From: an uncultured Marinoscillum sp.
GTDB taxonomy: Bacteria > Bacteroidota > Bacteroidia > Cytophagales > MED-G16
Direction of reading: 5' to 3'
NCBI GenBank assembly: GCA_964553685.1
Contig: CAZKLB010000002.1
Location: forward strand, 62,890 to 126,889
DNA length: 64,000 nt
In this document: positions 20,731 through 28,506 of the stretch, piece after piece
Position numbering within the stretch: position 1 is the first letter of the stretch
How the letters are laid out: the number at the start of each line of letters is the position of its first letter
Notes under the pieces: model-generated
The model's database searches: none
Told to the model about the DNA's origin: nothing
Seen by the model: the letters and a program-made list of their open reading frames with translations, nothing else
Made by a program: the position numbers and the translations under genes

Positions 20731-20787
20731 AGATTTTTTATTTAATGATAATTTTTTTTTGGGGGGATCACAAGGAAAGTCATTAAT

Positions 20788-21309
20788 TTATTGTTTAGAT
20801 AAAGAATAATCTCCTCTTAAAATTTGCCACCATCTCTCAAAACTTGAAGGTCTGTGGAAAGTACCTCTTAGTATATAAGGATCTCTTCTAAATCTTGTCT
20901 CTTCAAATTTTGTTCCTTCTTTCCACCTTAGGTCAGGCCATTCATTACAAACTGCAGATGAATTTGTCCTATTTAAACAATCCTGATATGAACCATCGTT
21001 GGATATAAATTCTACTTCAATAAATTCTACCCATCCGTAAACATCAATTTTACCTGTAATTCTAAAAGTATTGTTGGAATCATCGTATGAAGAAAATCCA
21101 CTAAAAGAACATTCATCTGATGTTTCGATGACGAGTGTTTGTTTATTTTTCTTATTTTTAGCTGAATAAGGTCTATCATAAACTAATTCTCCTTCCCAAA
21201 CTCCAATCATTTCTTGAGAAGCAGTAGCACAGTCAATTTGACCTCCATCTGAGCACCTGTATGTGCTACTTGCCAAAAAAATAAACATATAAATTATGAG
21301 GAGTTTCAT
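20788..21309 (-). CDS. Small secreted Cys-containing protein, paralog A (unknown function)
   Basis: Signal peptide MKLLIIYMFIFLASS. Colinear with the 22216-22734 product, sharing YGWVEF, CN.WP..RW..GTKF.E.RFR.DPYIL and five conserved Cys. Confidence 0.6.
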   Translation of the reverse strand: MKLLIIYMFIFLASSTYRCSDGGQIDCATASQEMIGVWEGELVYDRPYSAKNKKNKQTLVIETSDECSFSGFSSYDDSNNTFRITGKIDVYGWVEFIEVEFISNDGSYQDCLNRTNSSAVCNEWPDLRWKEGTKFEETRFRRDPYILRGTFHRPSSFERWWQILRGDYSLSKQ

Positions 21310-21318
21310 TAATTTTTT

Positions 21319-22212
21319 TTACCAAAGTGGGGTTGGATAAGTTTTATTTTCAACTAGTTTTTTAATTTCCTTTTTTACGAATAGACTATCTTCAGCATAA
21401 GTAACACCAAACCAACTTTCATCAGTATTTTCAACATGGACATAATCACTTGAAATATCATCTAGTACGTCAGGTATTAAAAATTCACTTTTAATGTCAT
21501 CGATATTATTTTTCAAAAAATTATTAAAATCTGACCTAAGTTTAGTGAAAACAGAATTTTGAAATCCAATAAGATTCATTGCAACTTGAGTTCCAATAGA
21601 CATTTCAACATTGTTATTATTATATACTCCTCTTAATTTATTTCCTATTCTCACTATTTCATGAGTTTCTTTAATATCAATTAATTTATTACCATCGATT
21701 TTACAGACTCCTCTAGATACACCTCCAAAATCAGAAAGAGTGTTCTCAATGTCATAACTAACCATCGTCGCCTTAATGTTATTTTCTTCAATATGTTTTA
21801 AAGCTCGACTTATTTTTTTAAAGGCTCCTCTGCCATAAAAATCGTCAGCATTAATTATTGCAAAAGTGTTATTAATATAATTTTCACAACAAAGAACAGC
21901 GTGACCTGTGCCCCAAGGTTTTTCTCTTCTTTTGGGATATTTAAAATTTTCAAGTCCATAACAAGGATCTTGAATTACTACTTGGACAGTAATACCATTA
22001 ATGTTATCAAATAACTTAAGATATTTTTCTTCAAAATACTTTCTCAGTTTTGGAGAGGATAGTATGACAATTTTATTGAAACCCGCCTTAATAGCATCAA
22101 ATATTGAATAATCCAATATTGATTCGTTGTTTGGACCAAAACTATCTACTTGTTTTAAACCACCATAACGACTTCCCATACCACCAGCCATGATAAGTAG
22201 GGAGTAGTTCAT
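21319..22212 (-). CDS. Sugar-phosphate nucleotidyltransferase family protein (cytoplasmic)
   Basis: The N-terminal loop LLIMAGGMGSRYGGLKQ is a variant of the G-x-G-T-R signature of NTP_transferase. No signal peptide. Confidence 0.7.
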   Translation of the reverse strand: MNYSLLIMAGGMGSRYGGLKQVDSFGPNNESILDYSIFDAIKAGFNKIVILSSPKLRKYFEEKYLKLFDNINGITVQVVIQDPCYGLENFKYPKRREKPWGTGHAVLCCENYINNTFAIINADDFYGRGAFKKISRALKHIEENNIKATMVSYDIENTLSDFGGVSRGVCKIDGNKLIDIKETHEIVRIGNKLRGVYNNNNVEMSIGTQVAMNLIGFQNSVFTKLRSDFNNFLKNNIDDIKSEFLIPDVLDDISSDYVHVENTDESWFGVTYAEDSLFVKKEIKKLVENKTYPTPLW

Positions 22213-22215
22213 TTT

Positions 22216-22734
22216 CTAGTCTTTTGTAAGAGTAAATGTGCCTCTGATAGTACTATTCCATCCTCCACCAGCTGTGAAAAATTCACCTTGTAAGATATAA
22301 GGGTCTGTTCTAAATCTTGCCTCATTGAACTTTGTACCAGGTCTCCATCTCACATAAGGCCACCTATTACATGGGTTATTCCAATTGGAACCATTTCCAA
22401 CACATCCAGTATATTCTCCACCATCATATTCATACTCAGTTTCCATAAATTCAACCCACCCATATTTATCTACTGTACCAGAAACTACAAATGTTGTATT
22501 CGCTTCCTTGAAGGTATTAATTCCCTGAAAAAAACAATCATTAGAAGATATTATAGAAAGTGTTACTTCATGTGTTTCGCCATTTGCTGACCAACTTGTA
22601 TAATCGGCTCTACCTTTCCACGTCCCAATCATCTGTTGCGCAGCACTACTGCAATCAATTGTAGCTTCAGGTTCACTACATCTATATGTTGAACTCGCAA
22701 GAATTATAAAAATTAGTGTAGTTAGTAATTTCAT
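22216..22734 (-). CDS. Small secreted Cys-containing protein, paralog B (unknown function)
   Basis: Signal peptide MKLLTTLIFIILASS. Roughly 40% identical by eye to the 20788-21309 product. Confidence 0.6.
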   Translation of the reverse strand: MKLLTTLIFIILASSTYRCSEPEATIDCSSAAQQMIGTWKGRADYTSWSANGETHEVTLSIISSNDCFFQGINTFKEANTTFVVSGTVDKYGWVEFMETEYEYDGGEYTGCVGNGSNWNNPCNRWPYVRWRPGTKFNEARFRTDPYILQGEFFTAGGGWNSTIRGTFTLTKD

Positions 22735-22778
22735 AGCACAAAATTAATAAAGTTTTTATATGAAATCAATAACGAAGT

Positions 22779-22809
22779 TTTAGATAATATGTTTTATTAC
22801 TCAGATTAC
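22779..22809 (+). promoter_or_regulatory. Candidate shared cis-element, copy 1 (TTTAGATAATA at 22779-22789 and TTACTCAGATTAC at 22797-22809), upstream of the SSF symporter
   Basis: Both short motifs recur exactly in the proteorhodopsin promoter region but in swapped order. A near -7 box, TATATTTA, follows at 22814-22821. Confidence 0.3.
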
Positions 22810-22837
22810 TTACTATATTTATAATAATCAATATTTT

Positions 22838-24613
22838 ATGCAAATATCTACATTAGACTGGGTAATTATTTTTTCATTTTTTGCTTTGTTCATTTTAATT
22901 GGTCTTTACTATTCAAAGAGATCTGGACAAAGTTCTAAAGAATTTTTCTTGTCAGGTAGAGATATGCCTTGGTGGCTTCTTGGAATTTCAATGGTAGCTA
23001 CCACATTTTCAGCAGATACTCCAAATCTGGTAACAAATATCGTAAGAGATTCAGGGGTCTCAGGAAACTGGGCCTGGTGGGCATTTCTTATAACTGGAAT
23101 GATGACAGTTTTTTTGTATGCAAAACTATGGAGGAGATCTGATGTATTAACTGATTTAGAATTTTATGAAATTAGGTATAGTGGTCCAGAGTCTACTTTT
23201 TTAAGAGCCTTCAGAGCTATATATTTAGGAGTTTTTTTTAATGTCATGATCATGGCAACGGTTTGCTTGGCAGGTATCAAAATCGGTGGTGTATTATTAG
23301 GACTAACACCATTTCAGTGTGTATTCTATTCTTCCTTAATCACTGTAATTTACAGTTCGCTCGGTGGATTAAGAAGTGTGATTATAACCGACCTAATCCA
23401 GTTTGTGTTAGCAATGGTTGGCTCTATTTGGGCATGTTATTATTTAATAAATCTTGATCAAATAGGAGGTTTAGACGCGCTTATTAACAATCCTTTAATT
23501 ATTGATAAGCTTAATTTTCTACCTGATTTTAATGATTATGATTCATTAGTTACAATACTAATCATTCCAATAGCTGTGCAATGGTGGGCGGTATGGTATC
23601 CAGGAGCTGAACCTGGGGGTGGTGGATATATTGCTCAGAGAATGCTATCAGCAAAAGATGAGAAAAACGCAATATATTCCACTTTACTTTTTAACATAGC
23701 TCACTATGCTGTTAGGCCATGGCCATGGATTTTAATCGCTTTATCTTCAATTATTATATATCCTCAACTTTCTGATATTTCTAATCAATTCCCTAACGTA
23801 GATAAATCTATAATTGGTAACGATATTGCATACCCTGCAATGTTATCACTGCTGCCTGCCGGTTTACTTGGTTTGGTTCTTGCATCATTAGCTGCTGCGT
23901 TTATGAGTACAATATCAAGTCATCTTAACTGGGGTGCTTCATATATTTCAATTGATTTCTATAAAAGGTTTATTAAAAAAAGTGCTTCAGAAAAAGAAAT
24001 TGTATTAATTGGTAGAATTTCAACCGTTTTATTAATGGTAATAGCGGGATTCGTTGCATTGGAATTACAGGATGCTCTGGAGGCATTTAGAATTTTACTT
24101 CAAATAGGAGCTGGTACAGGTTCAATATTTTTATTGAGATGGTTTTGGTGGAGAGTTAATGCATATAGTGAAATTACAGGAATGATTGTTTCATTTGCTT
24201 TAGCAATATATTTTAAATGGTTTCATGAAGGTATTTTTCAGTTTTCATTTAAACCTCATGAAGAATTATTATTAAGTATTGCTATAACAACATCATCATG
24301 GATTTTAATTACACTCTTAACAAAGCCTACAAAGAAAGAAAAATTATTAGAGTTTTATTATAAGATAAAGCCTTATGGAATTGGCTGGAATGGTTTTTTG
24401 AGTATAAATAATTTAGTCAAGTTTAATGGTAAGGAATCTCCAATGAAAGATCTTCTTTTAATGTTTATCTGTATTATTATTGTATACTTTGGCTTATTTG
24501 GTTTTGGGTATATATTGTATGGAAAAATGCTATTTGGCACTATAATGCTAATAATATCTTTTGTTTTATCGATTACTGCAAATAATATTATGTCTGGACA
24601 ATATAAAGACTAA
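22838..24613 (+). CDS. Sodium:solute symporter family (SSF) transporter
   Basis: 591 aa with about 13-14 TM segments. SSF-like segments include GRDMPWWLLGISMVATTFSADTP and GGYIAQRMLSAKDE. Confidence 0.85.
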   Translation: MQISTLDWVIIFSFFALFILIGLYYSKRSGQSSKEFFLSGRDMPWWLLGISMVATTFSADTPNLVTNIVRDSGVSGNWAWWAFLITGMMTVFLYAKLWRRSDVLTDLEFYEIRYSGPESTFLRAFRAIYLGVFFNVMIMATVCLAGIKIGGVLLGLTPFQCVFYSSLITVIYSSLGGLRSVIITDLIQFVLAMVGSIWACYYLINLDQIGGLDALINNPLIIDKLNFLPDFNDYDSLVTILIIPIAVQWWAVWYPGAEPGGGGYIAQRMLSAKDEKNAIYSTLLFNIAHYAVRPWPWILIALSSIIIYPQLSDISNQFPNVDKSIIGNDIAYPAMLSLLPAGLLGLVLASLAAAFMSTISSHLNWGASYISIDFYKRFIKKSASEKEIVLIGRISTVLLMVIAGFVALELQDALEAFRILLQIGAGTGSIFLLRWFWWRVNAYSEITGMIVSFALAIYFKWFHEGIFQFSFKPHEELLLSIAITTSSWILITLLTKPTKKEKLLEFYYKIKPYGIGWNGFLSINNLVKFNGKESPMKDLLLMFICIIIVYFGLFGFGYILYGKMLFGTIMLIISFVLSITANNIMSGQYKD

Positions 24614-24662
24614 TTTTATTCTGAATTTTATTCTGAAAACAAAATAAATTTATAAAAACTTT

Positions 24663-24688
24663 TTACTCAGATTACCGTTTAGATAATA
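24663..24688 (+). promoter_or_regulatory. Candidate shared cis-element, copy 2 (TTACTCAGATTAC at 24663-24675 and TTTAGATAATA at 24678-24688), upstream of proteorhodopsin
   Basis: Exact 13-mer and 11-mer matches to the SSF promoter region. They lie immediately upstream of the -7 box. Confidence 0.3.
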
Positions 24689-24694
24689 AATGCT

Positions 24695-24702
24695 TAAATT
24701 TG
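24695..24702 (+). promoter_or_regulatory. Bacteroidota-type -7 promoter box (TAAATTTG, consensus TAnnTTTG) for proteorhodopsin
   Basis: Exact consensus match about 36 nt upstream of the ATG at 24739, inside a 125-bp intergenic region. Confidence 0.5.
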
Positions 24703-24738
24703 CATTAATTAATAATATTATTAACCAAACGATCAATT

Positions 24739-25470
24739 ATGAATACGTTAAATTTTATATTAGGAGCAAGTTTACAACCAGGTGATTTCACCGGTTTTAC
24801 TTTCTTCATAGGATCTGTTTCTATGTTAGCAGCTACTGTGTTCTTTTTAGTACAGCACGGACAAGTTGACAAGAAATTTAAAGATTCAATGCTTGTTGCA
24901 GCTTTAATTACTGGTATTGCAGCTGTACATTATTACTATATGAGAGATCAGTGGGCAGAAGGTCTTGGTTCACCAACTGAATTAAGATACGTCGACTGGA
25001 TCTTAACTGTACCATTGATGGTAGTTGAGTTTGCTTTACTTACTGGTGTAGGTATGAGAAAACTTTTCTGGGCTTCTGTGGTTATGCTTGTCACTGGATA
25101 TTTCGGTGAATCAGGTGTTACGGGAGTATTAGATGCTCAAACTTGGGGTGCTATCTCAGGTGCTGCATATTTCTACATGGCATACGAAGTAGGATGTTTC
25201 ACTGTATTTACAGGAAGCGGTCCTCAAGGTGATGTAGGTACTGCTTTAGCTAATGCTAAAGGTAAAATACCTGCTGCTGGTAAGATGCTTCAATGGTTTG
25301 TATTAGTTGGATGGGCAATTTATCCTCTTGGATATATGATGGGAACTGACGGATGGTATTCCGGTATGGTTTCTGGAATTCCATTTGACATGGATATTGT
25401 ATACAATATCGGTGATGCTATCAACAAAATTGGATTCGGTATGGCTGTATGGTCTGCTGCTAGAGACTAA
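24739..25470 (+). CDS. Proteorhodopsin, light-driven proton pump (DTE motif, Met at tuning position 105)
   Basis: Helix C RYVDWILTVPLMVVEF gives D97/T101/E108 equivalents with M at 105. AVHYYYM supplies the His75 equivalent. YNIGDAINKIGFG supplies the D227 and Schiff-base K231 equivalents. GWAIYPLGY is also present, and the protein has 7 TM segments. Confidence 0.95.
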   Translation: MNTLNFILGASLQPGDFTGFTFFIGSVSMLAATVFFLVQHGQVDKKFKDSMLVAALITGIAAVHYYYMRDQWAEGLGSPTELRYVDWILTVPLMVVEFALLTGVGMRKLFWASVVMLVTGYFGESGVTGVLDAQTWGAISGAAYFYMAYEVGCFTVFTGSGPQGDVGTALANAKGKIPAAGKMLQWFVLVGWAIYPLGYMMGTDGWYSGMVSGIPFDMDIVYNIGDAINKIGFGMAVWSAARD

Positions 25471-25493
25471 TTTTAATAGCTATTAATATTAAA

Positions 25494-25520
25494 GGTGAGG
25501 TTTTCCTCACCTTTTTTTTT
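25494..25520 (+). terminator. Rho-independent terminator after proteorhodopsin
   Basis: GGTGAGG-TTTT-CCTCACC perfect 7-bp GC-rich stem followed by T9, 24 nt after the stop codon. Confidence 0.8.
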
Positions 25521-25530
25521 ATATTTTCCT

Positions 25531-26406
25531 ATGATTTCTACCAACCAAGGTTTGATAACTTCTAAAATTGTAGGTTTAATATTTTCTTTATCACTTATTT
25601 TCTTTGATATTGGTAACACTTACTCTAGTATCATTTTTGTTTTAATAATGCTTACTATTGGTATACCTCACGGCTCAGTAGATCATATAATTGCCTTTCT
25701 AAATCCAAAATCTAGGAGGTTTAGGAGTAAGCTGAGTTTTTTTACCATCTATATAGCTTTGATAATAATAAATATTATAATATGGATATTTTCACCATTT
25801 ATGGGGTTATTTACATTTTTAATAATATCCTGTTATCATTTTGGTGAGACGCAGGTTATTGGATATAATTCAACGGATAATAAATTATTAAATTTTGTTG
25901 TTGGAGCCAATATTTTATTATCTCTTTTCCTAAATAATATATTTGAGTTACAAGAAATATTAATTGATTTCACATTTTTTAGTAGTCTGAATTTAGATGG
26001 ATATGAAAAGATTTTTTTTCTTTTAGTATCCGTCACAATTCTTATGATATCTGTGGTTCAATTTGACATAAAAAGAAAGGTTCCATTATATGCTGAGATG
26101 AGTATTCTCTACTTAATATTTTATCATACAGATATACTGACATCATTCTCTATTTTTTTTGGATTTTCACATTCTTTACCAATGCTATTGATGGAGTATG
26201 AAGAGATGAAGGAATCTAACTTTTTTAAATTTTATATTAAAACACTACCTTTTACAATTCTTGCTATACTTTTTGGTGGATTTTTATATTATTTTAATGA
26301 CAATTTAGTTACGACTGATAACTTAATATTATTTATTTTCATAATCATTTCTAGTCTAACATTACCTCATGTATTCATCATGAAAGATTTTGTTGAAAAT
26401 AAATAG
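25531..26406 (+). CDS. blh: Brp/Blh-family beta-carotene 15,15'-dioxygenase (retinal synthesis)
   Basis: Polytopic membrane protein with conserved His motifs GIPHGSVDH, CYHFGETQ, FGFSHSLP and LTLPHVF. The ORF-track GTG start at 25495 lies inside the terminator stem, so the ATG at 25531 is preferred. Confidence 0.85.
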   Translation: MISTNQGLITSKIVGLIFSLSLIFFDIGNTYSSIIFVLIMLTIGIPHGSVDHIIAFLNPKSRRFRSKLSFFTIYIALIIINIIIWIFSPFMGLFTFLIISCYHFGETQVIGYNSTDNKLLNFVVGANILLSLFLNNIFELQEILIDFTFFSSLNLDGYEKIFFLLVSVTILMISVVQFDIKRKVPLYAEMSILYLIFYHTDILTSFSIFFGFSHSLPMLLMEYEEMKESNFFKFYIKTLPFTILAILFGGFLYYFNDNLVTTDNLILFIFIIISSLTLPHVFIMKDFVENK

Positions 26407-26407
26407 A

Positions 26408-27109
26408 ATGGATAAAGACTATATAATTGATTTTCTTTCATATGAATGGATAATTGTAAATTCATTGTCTGTTTTATATTTAATTACTGTTCTTTTTGTC
26501 GGAAAGAAATTAGATGATGAAAATAGAAAAAAGTTTGCATATTACTTCGTCTATTTTTTTATCCTAGTTTATACAATATATCATTTCATGCATATTATTG
26601 ATGGTTCTTGGTCAATTCAAAAAAGGTTGCCATTTCATCTATGTGGTTTTTCATCTCTCATATTATGTTTTATATTATTTATCAAAAGGAAACAGTTTTG
26701 GTTTGAATTTTTATTTTATGCAGGAATTTTAGGTGGTATTAACGCTTTAATGACTCCGTTAATTGATCACTATACTGGAACTAAATTCTTCTATGTAGAA
26801 TACTTTTATAGTCATACATCAATAATAATTTTTCCGCTATATATGTATTATTATATGGATATGAATTTAACAAAGTATTCATGGTTAAAATGTTTTTTGG
26901 CTTTAAATATTCTTCTACTATTCATAATGCCACTGGATTTTTTAATCGATGCAAATTATATGTATTTAAAAAATCCACCAAACGTTAATCATCCACTTGT
27001 TTCAGGAGAGTGGCCCTACTATCTTATTACATTTGAATTTGCAGCTTTAATGTTAGTTTATTTCACATATGCTTTATTTAAAACCAAGCTTTTAACGAAC
27101 AAAAAGTAA
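26408..27109 (+). CDS. 7-TM integral membrane protein, YwaF/TIGR02206/TMEM164-like (function unknown)
   Basis: The ATG lies 1 nt after the blh stop; an alternative TTG at 26390 overlaps blh. About 7 hydrophobic segments. The motif RLPFHLCGF is recalled as the family His-Cys signature, from memory. Confidence 0.5.
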   Translation: MDKDYIIDFLSYEWIIVNSLSVLYLITVLFVGKKLDDENRKKFAYYFVYFFILVYTIYHFMHIIDGSWSIQKRLPFHLCGFSSLILCFILFIKRKQFWFEFLFYAGILGGINALMTPLIDHYTGTKFFYVEYFYSHTSIIIFPLYMYYYMDMNLTKYSWLKCFLALNILLLFIMPLDFLIDANYMYLKNPPNVNHPLVSGEWPYYLITFEFAALMLVYFTYALFKTKLLTNKK

Positions 27110-27130
27110 CATATAGCGTTATTATTTATA

Positions 27131-28189
27131 ATGAAAATAGGTTTTTTAAAAGATTCAGAACCAAGAGTTTCAATTACTCCATCCACTCTTGAGAAATATA
27201 TTGCATTGAACCATGATATTTTTATAGAAAAAAATGCTGGAATTCTATCTGGATTTTCTGACAGTGATTATGTTAATGCAGAATTATCTTCAAGAAATAA
27301 TATTTATGATAATTGTGACATAATAGTATCTGTCAACTCCTCTAGTATTGTATCATTTAATGGTTTGAAAAATAAATCGATCATATCAAATTTTAGTATG
27401 AATCCTGATAAACAAAATTTAAGTAAGGAGTTAATCAAAAGTAATATTACTGCCTACGATCTATCAATGATTCCAAGAACTACAATTGCTCAAAGCATGG
27501 ATATTTTATCTTCCATGGCAGGTTTATCCGGATATAAATCAATAATTAAGGCTGCCGAACTTATACCTAAAATATTTCCAATGACAATAACAGCAGCAGG
27601 AAGTATAAAACCAGTTAAGGTTGTTGTTTTAGGTGCAGGAGTTGCAGGTCTTCAGGCGATTGCTACAGCTAAAAGATTAGGTGCAATAGTTGAAGCATCA
27701 GACCCTCGTCAGGCGGCAAAAGAAGAGGTACTAAGCTTAGGTGCTAAGTTTATTGAGGTCAAGGGGGCTATTGAAGATGAGTCTGCTGGTGGTTATGCTG
27801 TAAAACAGTCTAAAGAGTACTTGGAAAAACAAAAAGAAGAGGTTTCAAAAAGACTTATAGAAGCAGATGTTGTTGTGACCACTGCTCAGGTTTTTGGTTC
27901 AAAGTCTCCAGTACTAATATCAAAAGATATTGTCAATAAGATGAAGCCAGGTTCCGTAATTATTGATTTAGCTTCATCTACTGGCGGTAATTGTGAGTTA
28001 ACCAAGGACTCAAAAATCGTCGTACAAAATGGAGTAAAAATAGTTGGAAATTCCTACCTAGCATCAGAACTATCACATGACGCCAGTAATTTATTTTCAA
28101 ATAATGTATTTAATTTCATTAGCTACATTATTAAAGAAGATAATTTAATTGATGAAAAAGATGATATTTTAAAAAGCTGTAAAATATAA
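27131..28189 (+). CDS. pntAA: NAD(P) transhydrogenase subunit alpha part 1 (dI)
   Basis: Alanine-dehydrogenase/PNT fold with Rossmann motif VVVLGAGVAGLQAIATAKRLGA. Confidence 0.9.
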   Translation: MKIGFLKDSEPRVSITPSTLEKYIALNHDIFIEKNAGILSGFSDSDYVNAELSSRNNIYDNCDIIVSVNSSSIVSFNGLKNKSIISNFSMNPDKQNLSKELIKSNITAYDLSMIPRTTIAQSMDILSSMAGLSGYKSIIKAAELIPKIFPMTITAAGSIKPVKVVVLGAGVAGLQAIATAKRLGAIVEASDPRQAAKEEVLSLGAKFIEVKGAIEDESAGGYAVKQSKEYLEKQKEEVSKRLIEADVVVTTAQVFGSKSPVLISKDIVNKMKPGSVIIDLASSTGGNCELTKDSKIVVQNGVKIVGNSYLASELSHDASNLFSNNVFNFISYIIKEDNLIDEKDDILKSCKI

Positions 28190-28191
28190 TT

Positions 28192-28506
28192 ATGAACGAA
28201 GTTTTAAATTTTTTAATTGAAAATGAGATACTAATATATCTTCTACTCTTTACAATACTTCTTGGATTTGAGGTAATTTCTAAGGTGCCCTCAGTTCTCC
28301 ATACACCACTAATGTCTGGGGCAAATGCAATTAGCGGAATTGTAATTTTAGGAGCTATAATTCTTATCAGAACGACGGATCCTAGTAATGTTTATACACT
28401 TATATTAGCCTCCTTAGCTTTATTAGTAGGTTCTATTAATGTTTTTGGTGGATTTTTTGTTACAAATAGAATGCTTGAAATGTTTAATAAAAAGAAGAAA
28501 AATTAA
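28192..28506 (+). CDS. pntAB: NAD(P) transhydrogenase subunit alpha part 2 (membrane, dII)
   Basis: 104 aa with 3-4 TM segments, sitting between dI and the beta subunit. Its stop overlaps the pntB start (TAATG). Confidence 0.85.
   Translation: MNEVLNFLIENEILIYLLLFTILLGFEVISKVPSVLHTPLMSGANAISGIVILGAIILIRTTDPSNVYTLILASLALLVGSINVFGGFFVTNRMLEMFNKKKKN

Noticed and set aside
20752-20766. A T9G6 homopolymer junction between paralog A and the DUF2911 gene as a possible phase-variation tract or terminator.
   Set aside because: The runs are short, no flanking inverted repeat forms a hairpin, and the tract is intergenic, so it has no frame consequence. It remains only a curiosity in a G-poor genome.
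24613-24636. A tandem 2 x 12 bp repeat (ATTTTATTCTGA) immediately after the SSF stop codon.
   Set aside because: There are only two copies of an AT-rich unit, with no dyad symmetry. It is most simply a slippage duplication, so I did not call it a regulatory feature.
24739-25470. The visibly higher GC and different codon usage of the proteorhodopsin gene as evidence of recent horizontal transfer.
   Set aside because: The bias is toward GGT/GCT/TTC/TAC-type codons that the cold-shock gene also uses, which fits high expression better. There are no flanking mobile-element genes, tRNA or direct repeats.
25495-25530. The ORF-track N-terminal extension of blh (GTG start, MRFSSPFFLYFP).
   Set aside because: It is the translation of the PR terminator stem and T-run. 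The ATG at 25531 directly precedes the first TM segment.
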